A stretch of 64,000 nucleotides of DNA from the human T2T-CHM13v2.0 reference genome, Homo sapiens. The stretch is taken from assembly GCF_009914755.1 (NCBI RefSeq), contig NC_060938.1, one strand, 5' to 3'. Under the pieces are notes generated by a model. It searched no databases, had not been told where the DNA came from, and saw only the letters and a program-made list of their open reading frames with translations. Positions 13,001 through 26,311 of this stretch are shown here, piece after piece; the first letter of the stretch is position 1, and each line of letters begins with the position of its first letter. The position numbers and the translations under genes were made by a program.

Positions 13001-16000
13001 AAATCTTCACAGCTATCCAAATATCCACTTGCAGATTCTACAAAAAGAGTGTATCAAAACTGCTCTGTCAAAAGGAAGGTTCTTCTCTGTTAGGTGAGTG
13101 CATACGTCATAAAGGAGTTTCTGAGAATGTTTCTGTCTAGTGGTTATCGGAAGATATTTGCTTTTTCACCGTAGGCCTCAGAGCGCTCCAAATATCCACT
13201 TGCACATACTACAAAAAGAGTGCTTCAAAGCTGGTCTCTGAAACGGAATGTTCAACTCTATGAGTTGAATGCAAACATCACAAAGACGTTTCTGAGAATG
13301 CTTGTGTCTAGATTTGATATGAAGATATTCCCGTTTCCAACGAAATCTTCAAATCTATCCAAATGTCCACTTGCAGATTCAACAAAAAGTGTTTTTCAGA
13401 ACTGCTCTATCAAAAGAAAGATCCACCTCTGTTAGCTGAGTTCACATATCAAAAACAAGTTCATGAGAATGCTTCTGTCTAGTTTTTATTTGAAGATATT
13501 TCCTTTCTCACCATAGAGCTGAAAGCTGTCCTAATGTTCACTTCCAGATACTACAGAAAGAGTGTTTCAAAACTGCTGTACGAAAGGGAATGTTCAACTC
13601 TGTGACTTCAGTGCACACATCACAAAGAAGTTTCTGAGGATGCTGCTGTCTACTTTTTATACGTAATCCCGTTTCCAACGAAATCCTCCAAGCTATCCAA
13701 ATATCCACTTGCAGATTCCACAGAAAGACTGTTTCAAAACTGCTCTGTCAATAGAAAGGTTCAACTCTGTTAGCTGCGTGCATATATCCCAAAGAAGATT
13801 CTGAGATTGCTTCTGTCTAGTTTTTATGGGAAGATATTTCCCTTTTCACCGTAGGTGTCAAGGCGCTCCAAATGTCCACTTCCAGATACTACAAAAAGAG
13901 TGTTTCAAACCTACTCTGTGAAAGGGAATATTCAACTCTGTGACTTGAATGCACATATCACAAAGAAGTTTCTGAGAATGCTTCTGTCGAGATTTTATAT
14001 GAAGATATTCCCGTTTCCAACGAAATCCTGAAATGTATCCAAATATCCCCTCGCAGATTCTACAAAAAGAGTGTTTCAAAACTGCTCTGTAAAAAGAAAG
14101 GTTCAACTCTGTTAGTTGAGTACACACATCACAAACAAGTTTCACACAATGCTTCTTTCTAGCTTGTAGGGGAAGATATTCCCTTTATCACCATGGGCCT
14201 CCAACCGTCCGAAACATCCACTTCCATATACTACAAAAAGAGCGTTTCAAACCTGCTCTATGAAAGGCAATGTTCAACTCTGTGACTTGAATGCAGACAT
14301 CACAGAGCAGTTTCTGAGAATGCTTCTGTCTAGATTTTATAGGAAGATATTCCCGTTTCCAACGAAATCTTCACAGCTATCCAAATATCCACTTGCAGAT
14401 TCTACAAAAAGAGTGTATCAAAACTGCTCTGTCAAAAGGAAGGTTCTTCTCTGTTAGGTGAGTGCATACGTCATAAAGGAGTTTCTGAGAATGTTTCTGT
14501 CTAGTGGTTATGGGAAGATATTTGCTTTTTCACCGTAGGCCTCAGAGCGCTCCAAATATCCACTTGCACATACTACAAAAAGAGTGCTTCAAAGCTGCTC
14601 TCTGAAACGGAATGTTCAACTCTATGAGTTGAATGCAAACATCACAAAGACGTTTCTGAGAATGCTTCTGTCTAGATTTGATATGAAGATATTCCCGTTT
14701 CCAACGAAATCTTCAAATCTATCCAAATGTCCACTTGCAGATTCAACAAAAAGTGTTTTTCAGAACTGCTCTATCAAAAGAAAGATCCACCTCTGTTAGC
14801 TGAGTTCACACATCACAAACAAGTTTATGAGAATGCTTCTGTCTAGTTTTTATTTGAAGATATTTCCTTTCTCACCATAGAGCTGAAAGCTGTCCTAATG
14901 TTCACTTCCAGATACTACAGAAAGAGTGTTTCAAAACTGCTGTACGAAAGGGAATGTTCAACTCTGTGACTTGAATGCACACATCACAAAGAAGTTTCTG
15001 AGGATGCTGCTGTCTACTTTTTATACGTAATCCCGTTTCCAACGAAATCCTCCAAGCTATCCAAATATACACTTGCAGATTCCACAGAAAGACTGTTTCA
15101 AAACTGCTCTGTCAATAGAAAGGTTCAACTCTGTTAGCTGCGTGCATATATCCCAAAGAAGATTCTGAGATTGCTTCTGTCTAGTTTTTATGGGAAGATA
15201 TTTCCCTTTTCACCGTAGGTGTCAAGGCGCTCCAAATGTCCACTTCCAGATACTACAAAAAGAGTGTTTCAAACCTACTCTGTGAAAGGGAATATTCAAC
15301 TCTGTGACTTGAATGCACATATCACAAAGAAGTTTCTGAGAATGCTTCTGTCGAGATTTTATATGAAGATATTCCCGTTTCCAACGAAATCCTGAAATCT
15401 ATCCAAATATCCCCTCGCAGATTCTACAAAAAGAGTGTTTCAAAACTGCTCTGTGAAAAGAAAGGTTCAACTCTGTTAGTTGAGTACACACATCACAAAC
15501 AAGTTTCACAGAATGCTTCTTTCTAGCTTGTAGGGGAAGATATTCCCTTTATCACCATGGGCCTCCAACCGTCCGAAACATCCACTTCCATATACTACAA
15601 AAAGAGCGTTTCAAACCTGCTCTATGAAAGGCAATGTTCAACTCTGTGACTTGAATGCAGACATCACAGAGCAGTTTCTGAGAATGCTTCTGTCTAGATT
15701 TTATAGGAAGATATTCCCGTTTCCAACGAAATCTTCACAGCTATCCAAATATCCACTTGCAGATTCTACAAAAAGAGTGTATCAAAACTGCTCTGTCAAA
15801 AGGAAGGTTCTTCTCTGTTAGGTGAGTGCATACGTCATAAAGGAGTTTCTGAGAATGTTTCTGTCTAGTGGTTATGGGAAGATATTTGCTTTTTCACCGT
15901 AGGCCTCAGAGCGCTCCAAATATCCACTTGCACATACTACAAAAAGAGTGCTTCAAAGCTGGTCTCTGAAACGGAATGTTCAACTCTATGAGTTGAATGC

Positions 16001-18820
16001 AAACATCACAAAGACGTTTCTGAGAATGCTTCTGTCTAGATTTGATATGAAGATATTCCCGTTTCCAACGAAATCTTCAAATCTATCCAAATGTCCACTT
16101 GCAGATTCAACAAAAAGTGTTTTTCAGAACTGCTCTATCAAAAGAAAGATCCACCTCTGTTAGCTGAGTTCACACATCACAAACAAGTTTATGAGAATGC
16201 TTCTGTCTAGTTTTTATTTGAAGATATTTCCTTTCTCACCATAGAGCTGAAAGCTGTCCTAATGTTCACTTCCAGATACTACAGAAAGAGTGTTTCAAAA
16301 CTGCTGTACGAAAGGGAATGTTCAACTCTGTGACTTGAATGCACACATCACAAAGAAGTTTCTGAGGATGCTGCTGTCTACTTTTTATACGTAATCCCGT
16401 TTCCAACGAAATCCTCCAAGCTATCCAAATATCCACTTGCAGATTCCACAGAAAGACTGTTTCAAAACTGCTCTGTCAATAGAAAGATTCAACTCCGTTA
16501 GCTGCGTGCATATATCCCAAAGAAGATTCTGAGATTGCTTCTGTCTAGTTTTTATGGGAAGATATTTCCCTTTTCACCGTAGGTGTCAAGGCGCTCCAAA
16601 TGTCCACTTCCAGATACTACAAAAAGAGTGTTTCAAACCTACTCTGTGAAAGGGAATATTCAACTCTGTGACTTGAATGCACATATCACAAAGAAGTTTC
16701 TGAGAATGCTTCTGTCGAGATTTTATATGAAGATATTCCCGTTTCCAACGAAATCCTGAAATGTATCCAAATATCCCCTCGCAGATTCTACAAAAAGAGT
16801 GTTTCAAAACTGCTCTGTAAAAAGAAAGGTTCAACTCTGTTAGTTGAGTACACACATCACAAACAAGTTTCACACAATGCTTCTTTCTAGCTTGTAGGGG
16901 AAGATATTCCCTTTATCACCATGGGCCTCCAACCGTCTGAAACGTCCACTTCCATATACTACAAAAAGAGCGATTCAAACCTGCTCTATGAAAGGCAATG
17001 TTCAACTCTGTGACTTGAATGCAGACATCACAGAGCAGTTTCTGAGAATGCTTCTGTCTAGATTTTATAGGAAGATATTCCCGTTTCCAACGAAATCTTC
17101 ACAGCTATCCAAATATCCACTTGCAGATTCTACAAAAAGAGTGTATCAAAACTGCTCTGTCAAAAGGAAGGTTCTTCTCTGTTAGGTGAGTGCATACGTC
17201 ATAAAGGAGTTTCTGAGAATGTTTCTGTCTAGTGGTTATGGGAAGATATTTGCTTTTTCACCGTAGGCCTCAGAGCGCTCCAAATATCCACTTGCACATA
17301 CTACAAAAAGAGTGCTTCAAAGCTGGTCTCTGAAACGGAATGTTCAACTCTATGAGTTGAATGCAAACATCACAAAGACGTTTCTGAGAATGCTTCTGTC
17401 TAGATTTGATATGAAGATATTCCCGTTTCCAACGAAATCTTCAAATCTATCCAAATGTCCACTTGCAGATTCAACAAAAAGTGTTTTTCAGAACTGCTCT
17501 ATCAAAAGAAAGATCCACCTCTGTTAGCTGAGTTCACACATCACAAACAAGTTTATGAGAATGCTTCTGTCTAGTTTTTATTTGAAGATATTTCCTTTCT
17601 CACCATAGAGCTGAAAGCTGTCCTAATGTTCACTTCCAGATACTACAGAAAGAGTGTTTCAAAACTGCTGTACGAAAGGGAATGTTCAACTCTGTGACTT
17701 GAATGCACACATCACAAAGAAGTTTCTGAGGATGCTGCTGTCTACTTTTTATACGTAATCCCGTTTCCAACGAAATCCTCCAAGCTATCCAAATATCCAC
17801 TTGCAGATTCCACAGAAAGACTGTTTCAAAACTGCTCTGTCAATAGAAAGATTCAACTCCGTTATCTGCGTGCATATATCCCAAAGAAGATTCTGAGATT
17901 GCTTCTGTCTAGTTTTTATGGGAAGATATTTCCCTTTTCACCGTAGGTGTCAAGGCGCTCCAAATGTCCACTTCCAGATACTACAAAAAGAGTGTTTCAA
18001 ACCTACTCTGTGAAAGGGAATATTCAACTCTGTGACTTGAATGCACATATCACAAAGAAGTTTCTGAGAATGCTTCTGTCGAGATTTTATATGAAGATAT
18101 TCCCGTTTCCAACGAAATCCTGAAATGTATCCAAATATCCCCTCGCAGATTCTACAAAAAGAGTGTTTCAAAACTGCTCTGTAAAAAGAAAGGTTCAACT
18201 CTGTTAGTTGAGTACACACATCACAAACAAGTTTCACACAATGCTTCTTTCTAGCTTGTAGGGGAAGATATTCCCTTTATCACCATGGGCCTCCAACCGT
18301 CTGAAACGTCCACTTCCATATACTACAAAAAGAGCGATTCAAACCTGCTCTATGAAAGGCAATGTTCAACTCTGTGACTTGAATGCAGACATCACAGAGC
18401 AGTTTCTGAGAATGCTTCTGTCTAGATTTTATAGGAAGATATTCCCGTTTCCAACGAAATCTTCACAGCTATCCAAATATCCACTTGCAGATTCTACAAA
18501 AAGAGTGTATCAAAACTGCTCTGTCAAAAGGAAGGTTCTTCTCTGTTAGGTGAGTGCATACGTCATAAAGGAGTTTCTGAGAATGTTTCTGTCTAGTGGT
18601 TATGGGAAGATATTTGCTTTTTCACGGTAGGCCTCAGAGCGCTCCAAATATCCACTTGCACATACTACAAAAAGAGTGCTTCAAAGCTGCTCTCTGAAAC
18701 GGAATGTTCAACTCTACGAGTTGAATGCAAACATCACAAAGACGTTTCTGAGAATGCTTCTGTCTAGATTTGATATGAAGATATTCCCGTTTCCAACGAA
18801 ATCTTCAAATCTATCCAAAG

Positions 18821-21800
18821 GTCCACTTGCAGATTCAACAAAAAGTGTTTTTCAGAACTGCTCTATCAAAAGAAAGATCCACCTCTGTTAGCTGAGTTCA
18901 CACATCACAAACAAGTTTATGAGAATGCTTCTGTCTAGTTTTTATTTGAAGATATTTCCTTTCTCACCATAGAGCTGAAAGCTGTCCTAATGTTCACTTC
19001 CAGATACTACAGAAAGAGTGTTTCAAAACTGCTGTACGAAAGGGAATGTTCAACTCTGTGACTTGAATGCACACATCACAAAGAAGTTTCTGAGGATGCT
19101 GCTGTCTACTTTTTATACGTAATCCCGTTTCCAACGAAATCCTCCAAGCTATCCAAATATCCACTTGCAGATTCCACAGAAAGACTGTTTCAAAACTGCT
19201 CTGTCAATAGAAAGGTTCAACTCTGTTAGCTGCGTGCATATATCCCAAAGAAGATTCTGAGATTGCTTCTGTCTAGTTTTTATGGGAAGATATTTCCCTT
19301 TTCACCGTAGGTGTCAAGGCGCTCCAAATGTCCACTTCCAGATACTACAAAAAGAGTGTTTCAAACCTACTCTGTGAAAGGGAATATTCAACTCTGTGAC
19401 TTGAATGCACATATCACAAGGAAGTTTCTGAGAATGCTTCTGTCGAGATTTTATATGAAGATATTCCCGTTTCCAACGAAATCCTGAAATGTATCCAAAT
19501 ATCCCCTCGCAGATTCTACAAAAAGAGTGTTTCAAAACTGCTCTGTAAAAAGAAAGGTTCAACTCTGTTAGTTGAGTACACACATCACAAACAAGTTTCA
19601 CAGAATGCTTCTTTCTAGCTTGTAGGGGAAGATATTCCCTTTATCACCATGGGCCTCCAACCGTCCGAAACGTCCACTTCCATATACTACAAAAAGAGCC
19701 TTTCAAACCTGCTCTATGAAAGGCAATGTTCAACTCTGTGACTTGAATGCAGACATCACAGAGCAGTTTCTGAGAATGCTTCTGTCTAGATTTTATAGGA
19801 AGATATTCCCGTTTCCAACGAAATCTTCACAGCTATCCAAATATCCACTTGCAGATTGTACAAAAAGATTGTATCAAAACTGCTCTGTCAAAAGGAAGGT
19901 TCTTTTCTGTTAGGTGAGTGCATACGTCATAAAGGAGTTTCTGAGAATGTTTCTGTCTAGTGGTTATGGGAAGATATTTGCTTTTTCACCGTAGGCCTCA
20001 GAGCGCTCCAAATATCCACTTGCACATACTACAAAAAGAGTGCCTCAAAGCTGCTCTCTGAAACGGAATGTTCAACTCTATGAGTTGAATGCAAACATCA
20101 CAAAGACGTTTCTGAGAATGCTTCTGTCTAGATTTGATATGAAGATATTCCCGTTTCCAACGAAATCTTCAAATCTATCCAAATGTCCACTTGCAGATTC
20201 AACAAAAAGTGTTTTTCAGAACTGCTCTATCAAAAGAAAGATCCACCTCTGTTAGCTGAGTTCACACATCACAAACAAGTTTATGAGAATGCTTCTGTCT
20301 AGTTTTTATTTGAAGATATTTCCTTTCTCACCATAGAGCTGAAAGCTGTCCTAATGTTCACTTCCAGATACTACAGAAAGAGTGTTTCAAAACTGCTGTA
20401 CGAAAGGGAATGTTCAACTCTGTGACTTGAATGCACACATCACAAAGAAGTTTCTGAGGATGGTGCTGTCTACTTTTTATACGTAATCCCGTTTCCAACG
20501 AAATCCTCCAAGCTATCCAAATATCCACTTGCAGATTCCACAGAAAGACTGTTTCAAAACTGCTCTGTCAATAGAAAGGTTCAACTCTGTTAGCTGCGTG
20601 CATATATCCCAAAGAAGATTCTGAGATTGCTTCTGTCTAGTTTTTATGGGAAGATATTTCCCTTTTCACCGTAGGTGTCAAGGCGCTCCAAATGTCCACT
20701 TCCAGATACTACAAAAAGAGTGTTTCAAACCTACTCTGTGAAAGGGAATATTCAACTCTGTGACTTGAATGCACATATCACAAAGAAGTTTCTGACAATG
20801 CTTCTGTCGAGATTTTATATGAAGATATTCCCGTTTCCAACGAAATCCTGAAATCTATCCAAATATCCCCTCGCAGATTCTACAAAAAGAGTGTTTCAAA
20901 ACTGCTCTGTGAAAAGAAAGGTTCAACTCTGTTAGTTGAGTACACACATCACAAACAAGTTTCACAGAATGCTTCTTTCTAGCTTGTAGGGGAAGATATT
21001 CCCTTTATCACCATGGGCCTCCAACCGTCCGAAACGTCCACTTCCATATACTACAAAAAGAGCGTTTCAAACCTGCTCTATGAAAGGCAATGTTCAACTC
21101 TGTGACTTGAATGCAGACATCACAGAGCAGTTTCTGAGAATGCTTCTGTCTAGATTTTATAGGAAGATATTCCCGTTTCCAACGAAATCTTCACAGCTAT
21201 CCAAATATCCACTTGCAGAATCTACAAAAAGAGTGTATCAAAACTGTTCTGTCAAAAGGAAGGTTCTTCTCTGTTAGGTGAGTGCATACGTCATAAAGGA
21301 GTTTCTGAGAATGTTTCTGTCTAGTGGTTATGGGAAGATATTTGCTTTTTCACCGTAGGCCTCAGAGCGCTCCAAATATCCACTTGCACATACTACAAAA
21401 AGAGTGCTTCAAAGCTGCTCTCTGAAACGGAATGTTCAACTCTATGAGTTGAATGCAAACATCACAAAGACGTTTCTGAGAATGCTTCTGTCTAGATTTG
21501 ATATGAAGATATTCCCGTTTCCAACGAAATCTTCAAATCTATCCAAATGTCCACTTGCAGATTCAACAAAAAGTGTTTTTCAGAACTGCTCTATCAAAAG
21601 AAAGATCCACCTCTGTTAGCTGAGTTCACACATCACAAACAAATTTATGAGAATGCTTCTGTCTAGTTTTTATTTGAAGATATTTCCTTTCTCACCATAG
21701 AGCTGAAAGCTGTCCTAATGTTCACTTCCAGATACTACAGAAAGAGTGTTTCAAAACTGCTGTACGAAAGGGAATGTTCAACTCTGTGACTTGAATGCAC

Positions 21801-22937
21801 ACATCACAAAGAAGTTTCTGAGGATGCTGCTGTCTACTTTTTATACGTAATCCCGTTTCCAACGAAATCCCCCAAGCTATCCAAATATCCACTTGCAGAT
21901 TCCACAGAAAGACTGTTTCAAAACTGCTCTGTCAATAGAAAGGTTCAACTCTGTTAGCTGCGTGCATATATCCCAAAGAAGATTCTGAGATTGCTTCTGT
22001 CTAGTTTTTATGGGAAGATATTTCCCTTTTCACCGTAGGAGTCAAGGCGCTCCAAATGTCCACTTCCAGATACTACAAAAAGAGTGTTTCAAACCTACTC
22101 TGTGAAAGGGAATATTCAACTCTGTGACTTGAATGCACATATCACAAAGAAGTTTCTGAGAATGCTTCTGTCGAGATTTTATATGAAGATATTCCCGTTT
22201 CCAACGAAATCCTGAAATGTATCCAAATATCCCCTCGCAGATTCTACAAAAAGAGTGTTTCAAAACTGCTCTGTGAAAAGAAAGGTTCAACTCTGTTAGT
22301 TGAGTACACACATCACAAACAAGTTTCACAGAATGCTTCTTTCTAGCTTGTAGGGGAAGATATTCCCTTTATCACCATGGGCCTCCAACCGTCCGAAACA
22401 TCCACTTCCATATACTACAAAAAGAGCGTTTCAAACCTGCTCTATGAAAGGCAATGTTCAACTCTGTGACTTGAATGCAGACATCACAGAGCAGTTTCTG
22501 AGAATGCTTCTGTCTAGATTTTATAGGAAGGTATTCCCGTTTCCAACGAAATCTTCACAGCTATCCAAATATCCACTTGCAGATTCTACAAAAAGAGTGT
22601 ATCAAAACTGCTCTGTCAAAAGGAAGGTTCTTCTCTGTTAGTTGAGTGCATACGTCATAAAGGAGTTTCTGAGAATGTTTCTGTCTAGTGGTTATGGGAA
22701 GATATTTGCTTTTTCACCGTAGGCCTCAGAGCGCTCCAAATATCCACTTGCAGATACTACAAAAAGAGTGCTTCAAAGCTGCTCTCTGAAACGGAATGTT
22801 CAACTCTATGAGTTGAATGCAAACATCACAAAGACGTTTCTGAGAATGCTTCTGTCTAGATTTGATATGAAGATATTCCCGTTTCCAACGAAATCTTCAA
22901 ATCTATCCAAATGTCCACTTGCAGATTCAACAAAAAG
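18821..22937. repeat. Third copy of the same 3-HOR variant block, 6820 bp (5 HORs) upstream of 25641-29757
   Basis: U15-U17 carry the same ordered markers as U20-U22, visible in the ORF track as DCTKRL / AEST / RKVF. Confidence 0.85.
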
Positions 22938-25900
22938 GGTTTTTCAGAACTGCTCTATCAAAAGAAAGATCCACCTCTGTTAGCTGAGTTCACACATCAC
23001 AAACAAGTTTATGAGAATGCTTCTGTCTAGTTTTTATTTGAAGATATTTCCTTTCTCACCATAGAGCTGAAAGCTGTCCTAATGTTCACTTCCAGATACT
23101 ACAGAAAGAGTGTTTCAAAACTGCTGTACGAAAGGGAATGTTCAACTCTGTGACTTGAATGCACACATCACAAAGAAGTTTCTGAGGATGCTGCTGTCTA
23201 CTTTTTATACGTAATCCCGTTTCCAACGAAATCCTCCAAGCTATCCAAATATCCACTTGCAGATTCCACAGAAAGACTGTTTCAAAACTGCTCTGTCAAT
23301 AGAAAGATTCAACTCCGTTATCTGCGTGCATATATCCCAAAGAAGATTCTGAGATTGCTTCTGTCTAGTTTTTATGGGAAGATATTTCCCTTTTCACCGT
23401 AGGTGTCAAGGCGCTCCAAATGTCCACTTCCAGATACTACAAAAAGAGTGTTTCAAACCTACTCTGTGAAAGGGAATATTCAACTCTGTGACTTGAATGC
23501 ACATATCACAAAGAAGTTTCTGAGAATGCTTCTGTCGAGATTTTATATGAAGATATTCCCGTTTCCAACGAAATCCTGAAATGTATCCAAATATCCCCTC
23601 GCAGATTCTACAAAAAGAGTGTTTCAAAACTGCTCTGTAAAAAGAAAGGTTCAACTCTGTTAGTTGAGTACACACATCACAAACAAGTTTCACACAATGC
23701 TTCTTTCTAGCTTGTAGGGGAAGATATTCCCTTTATCACCATGGGCCTCCAACCGTCTGAAACGTCCACTTCCATATACTACAAAAAGAGCGATTCAAAC
23801 CTGCTCTATGAAAGGCAATGTTCAACTCTGTGACTTGAATGCAGACATCACAGAGCAGTTTCTGAGAATGCTTCTGTCTAGATTTTATAGGAAGATATTC
23901 CCGTTTCCAACGAAATCTTCACAGCTATCCAAATATCCACTTGCAGATTCTACAAAAAGAGTGTATCAAAACTGCTCTGTCAAAAGGAAGGTTCTTCTCT
24001 GTTAGGTGAGTGCATACGTCATAAAGGAGTTTCTGAGAATGTTTCTGTCTAGTGGTTATGGGAAGATATTTGCTTTTTCACCGTAGGCCTCAGAGCGCTC
24101 CAAATATCCACTTGCACATACTACAAAAAGAGTGCTTCAAAGCTGCTCTCTGAAACGGAATGTTCAACTCTACGAGTTGAATGCAAACATCACAAAGACG
24201 TTTCTGAGAATGCTTCTGTCTAGATTTGATATGAAGATATTCCCGTTTCCAACGAAATCTTCAAATCTATCCAAAGGTCCACTTGCAGATTCAACAAAAA
24301 GTGTTTTTCAGAACTGCTCTATCAAAAGAAAGATCCACCTCTGTTAGCTGAGTTCACACATCACAAACAAGTTTATGAGAATGCTTCTGTCTAGTTTTTA
24401 TTTGAAGATATTTCCTTTCTCACCATAGACCTGAAAGCTGTCCTAATGTTCACTTCCAGTTACTACAGAAAGAGTGTTTCAAAACTGCTGTACGAAAGGG
24501 AATGTTCAACTCTGTGACTTGAATGCACACATCACAAAGAAGTTTCTGAGGATGCTGCTGTCTACTTTTTATACGTAATCCCGTTACCAACGAAATCCTC
24601 CAAGCTATCCAAATATCCACTTGCAGATTCCACAGAAAGACTGTTTCAAAACTGCTCTGTCAATAGAAAGGTTCAACTCTGTTAGCTGCGTGCATATATC
24701 CCAAAGAAGATTCTGAGATTGCTTCTGTCTAGTTTTTATGGGAAGATATTTCCCTTTTCACCGTAGGTGTCAAGGCGCTCCAAATGTCCACTTCCAGATA
24801 CTACAAAAAGAGTGTTTCAAACCTACTCTGTGAAAGGGAATATTCAACTCTGTGACTTGAATGCACATATCACAAAGAAGTTTCTGAGAATGCTTCTGTC
24901 GAGATTTTATATGAAGATATTCCCGTTTCCAACGAAATCCTGAAATGTATCCAAATATCCCCTCGCAGATTCTACAAAAAGAGTGTTTCAAAACTGCTCT
25001 GTAAAAAGAAAGGTTCAACTCTGTTAGTTGAGTACACACATCACAAACAAGTTTCACACAATGCTTCTTTCTAGCTTGTAGGGGAAGATATTCCCTTTAT
25101 CACCATGGGCCTCCAACCGTCCGAAACATCCACTTCCCTATACTACAAAAAGAGCGTTTCAAACCTGCTCTATGAAAGGCAATGTTCAACTCTGTGACTT
25201 GAATGCAGACATCACAGAGCAGTTTCTGAGAATGCTTCTGTCTAGATTTTATAGGAAGATATTCCCGTTTCCAACGAAATCTTCACAGCTATCCAAATAT
25301 CCACTTGCAGATTCTACAAAAAGAGTGTATCAAAACTGCTCTGTCAAAAGGAAGGTTCTTCTCTGTTAGGTGAGTGCATACGTCATAAAGGAGTTTCTGA
25401 GAATGTTTCTGTCTAGTGGTTATGGGAAGATATTTGCTTTTTCACCGTAGGCCTCAGAGCGCTCCAAATATCCACTTGCACATACTACAAAAAGAGTGCC
25501 TCAAAGCTGCTCTCTGAAACGGAATGTTCAACTCTATGAGTTGAATGCAAACATCGCAAAGACGTTTCTGAGAATGCTTCTGTCTAGATTTGATATGAAG
25601 ATATTCCCGTTTCCAACGAAATCTTCAAATCTATCCAAATGTCCACTTGCAGATTCAACAAAAAGTGTTTTTCAGAACTGCTCTATCAAAAGAAAGATCC
25701 ACCTCTGTTAGCTGAGTTCACACATCACAAACAAGTTTATGAGAATGCTTCTGTCTAGTTTTTATTTGAAGATATTTCCTTTCTCACCATAGAGCTGAAA
25801 GCTGTCCTAATGTTCACTTCCAGATACTACAGAAAGAGTGTTTCAAAACTGCTGTACGAAAGGGAATGTTCAACTCTGTGACTTGAATGCACACATCACA

Positions 25901-26311
25901 AAGAAGTTTCTGAGGATGCTGCTGTCTACTTTTTATACGTAATCCCGTTTCCAACGAAATCCTCCAAGCTATCCAAATATCCACTTGCAGATTCCACAGA
26001 AAGACTGTTTCAAAACTGCTCTGTCAATAGAAAGGTTCAACTCTGTTAGCTGCGTGCATATATCCCAAAGAAGATTCTGAGATTGCTTCTGTCTAGTTTT
26101 TATGGGAAGATATTTCCCTTTTCACCGTAGGTGTCAAGGCGCTCCAAATGTCCACTTCCAGATACTACAAAAAGAGTGTTTCAAACCTACTCTGTGAAAG
26201 GGAATATTCAACTCTGTGACTTGAATGCACATATCACAAGGAAGTTTCTGAGAATGCTTCTGTCGAGATTTTATATGAAGATATTCCCGTTTCCAACGAA
26301 ATCCTGAAATG

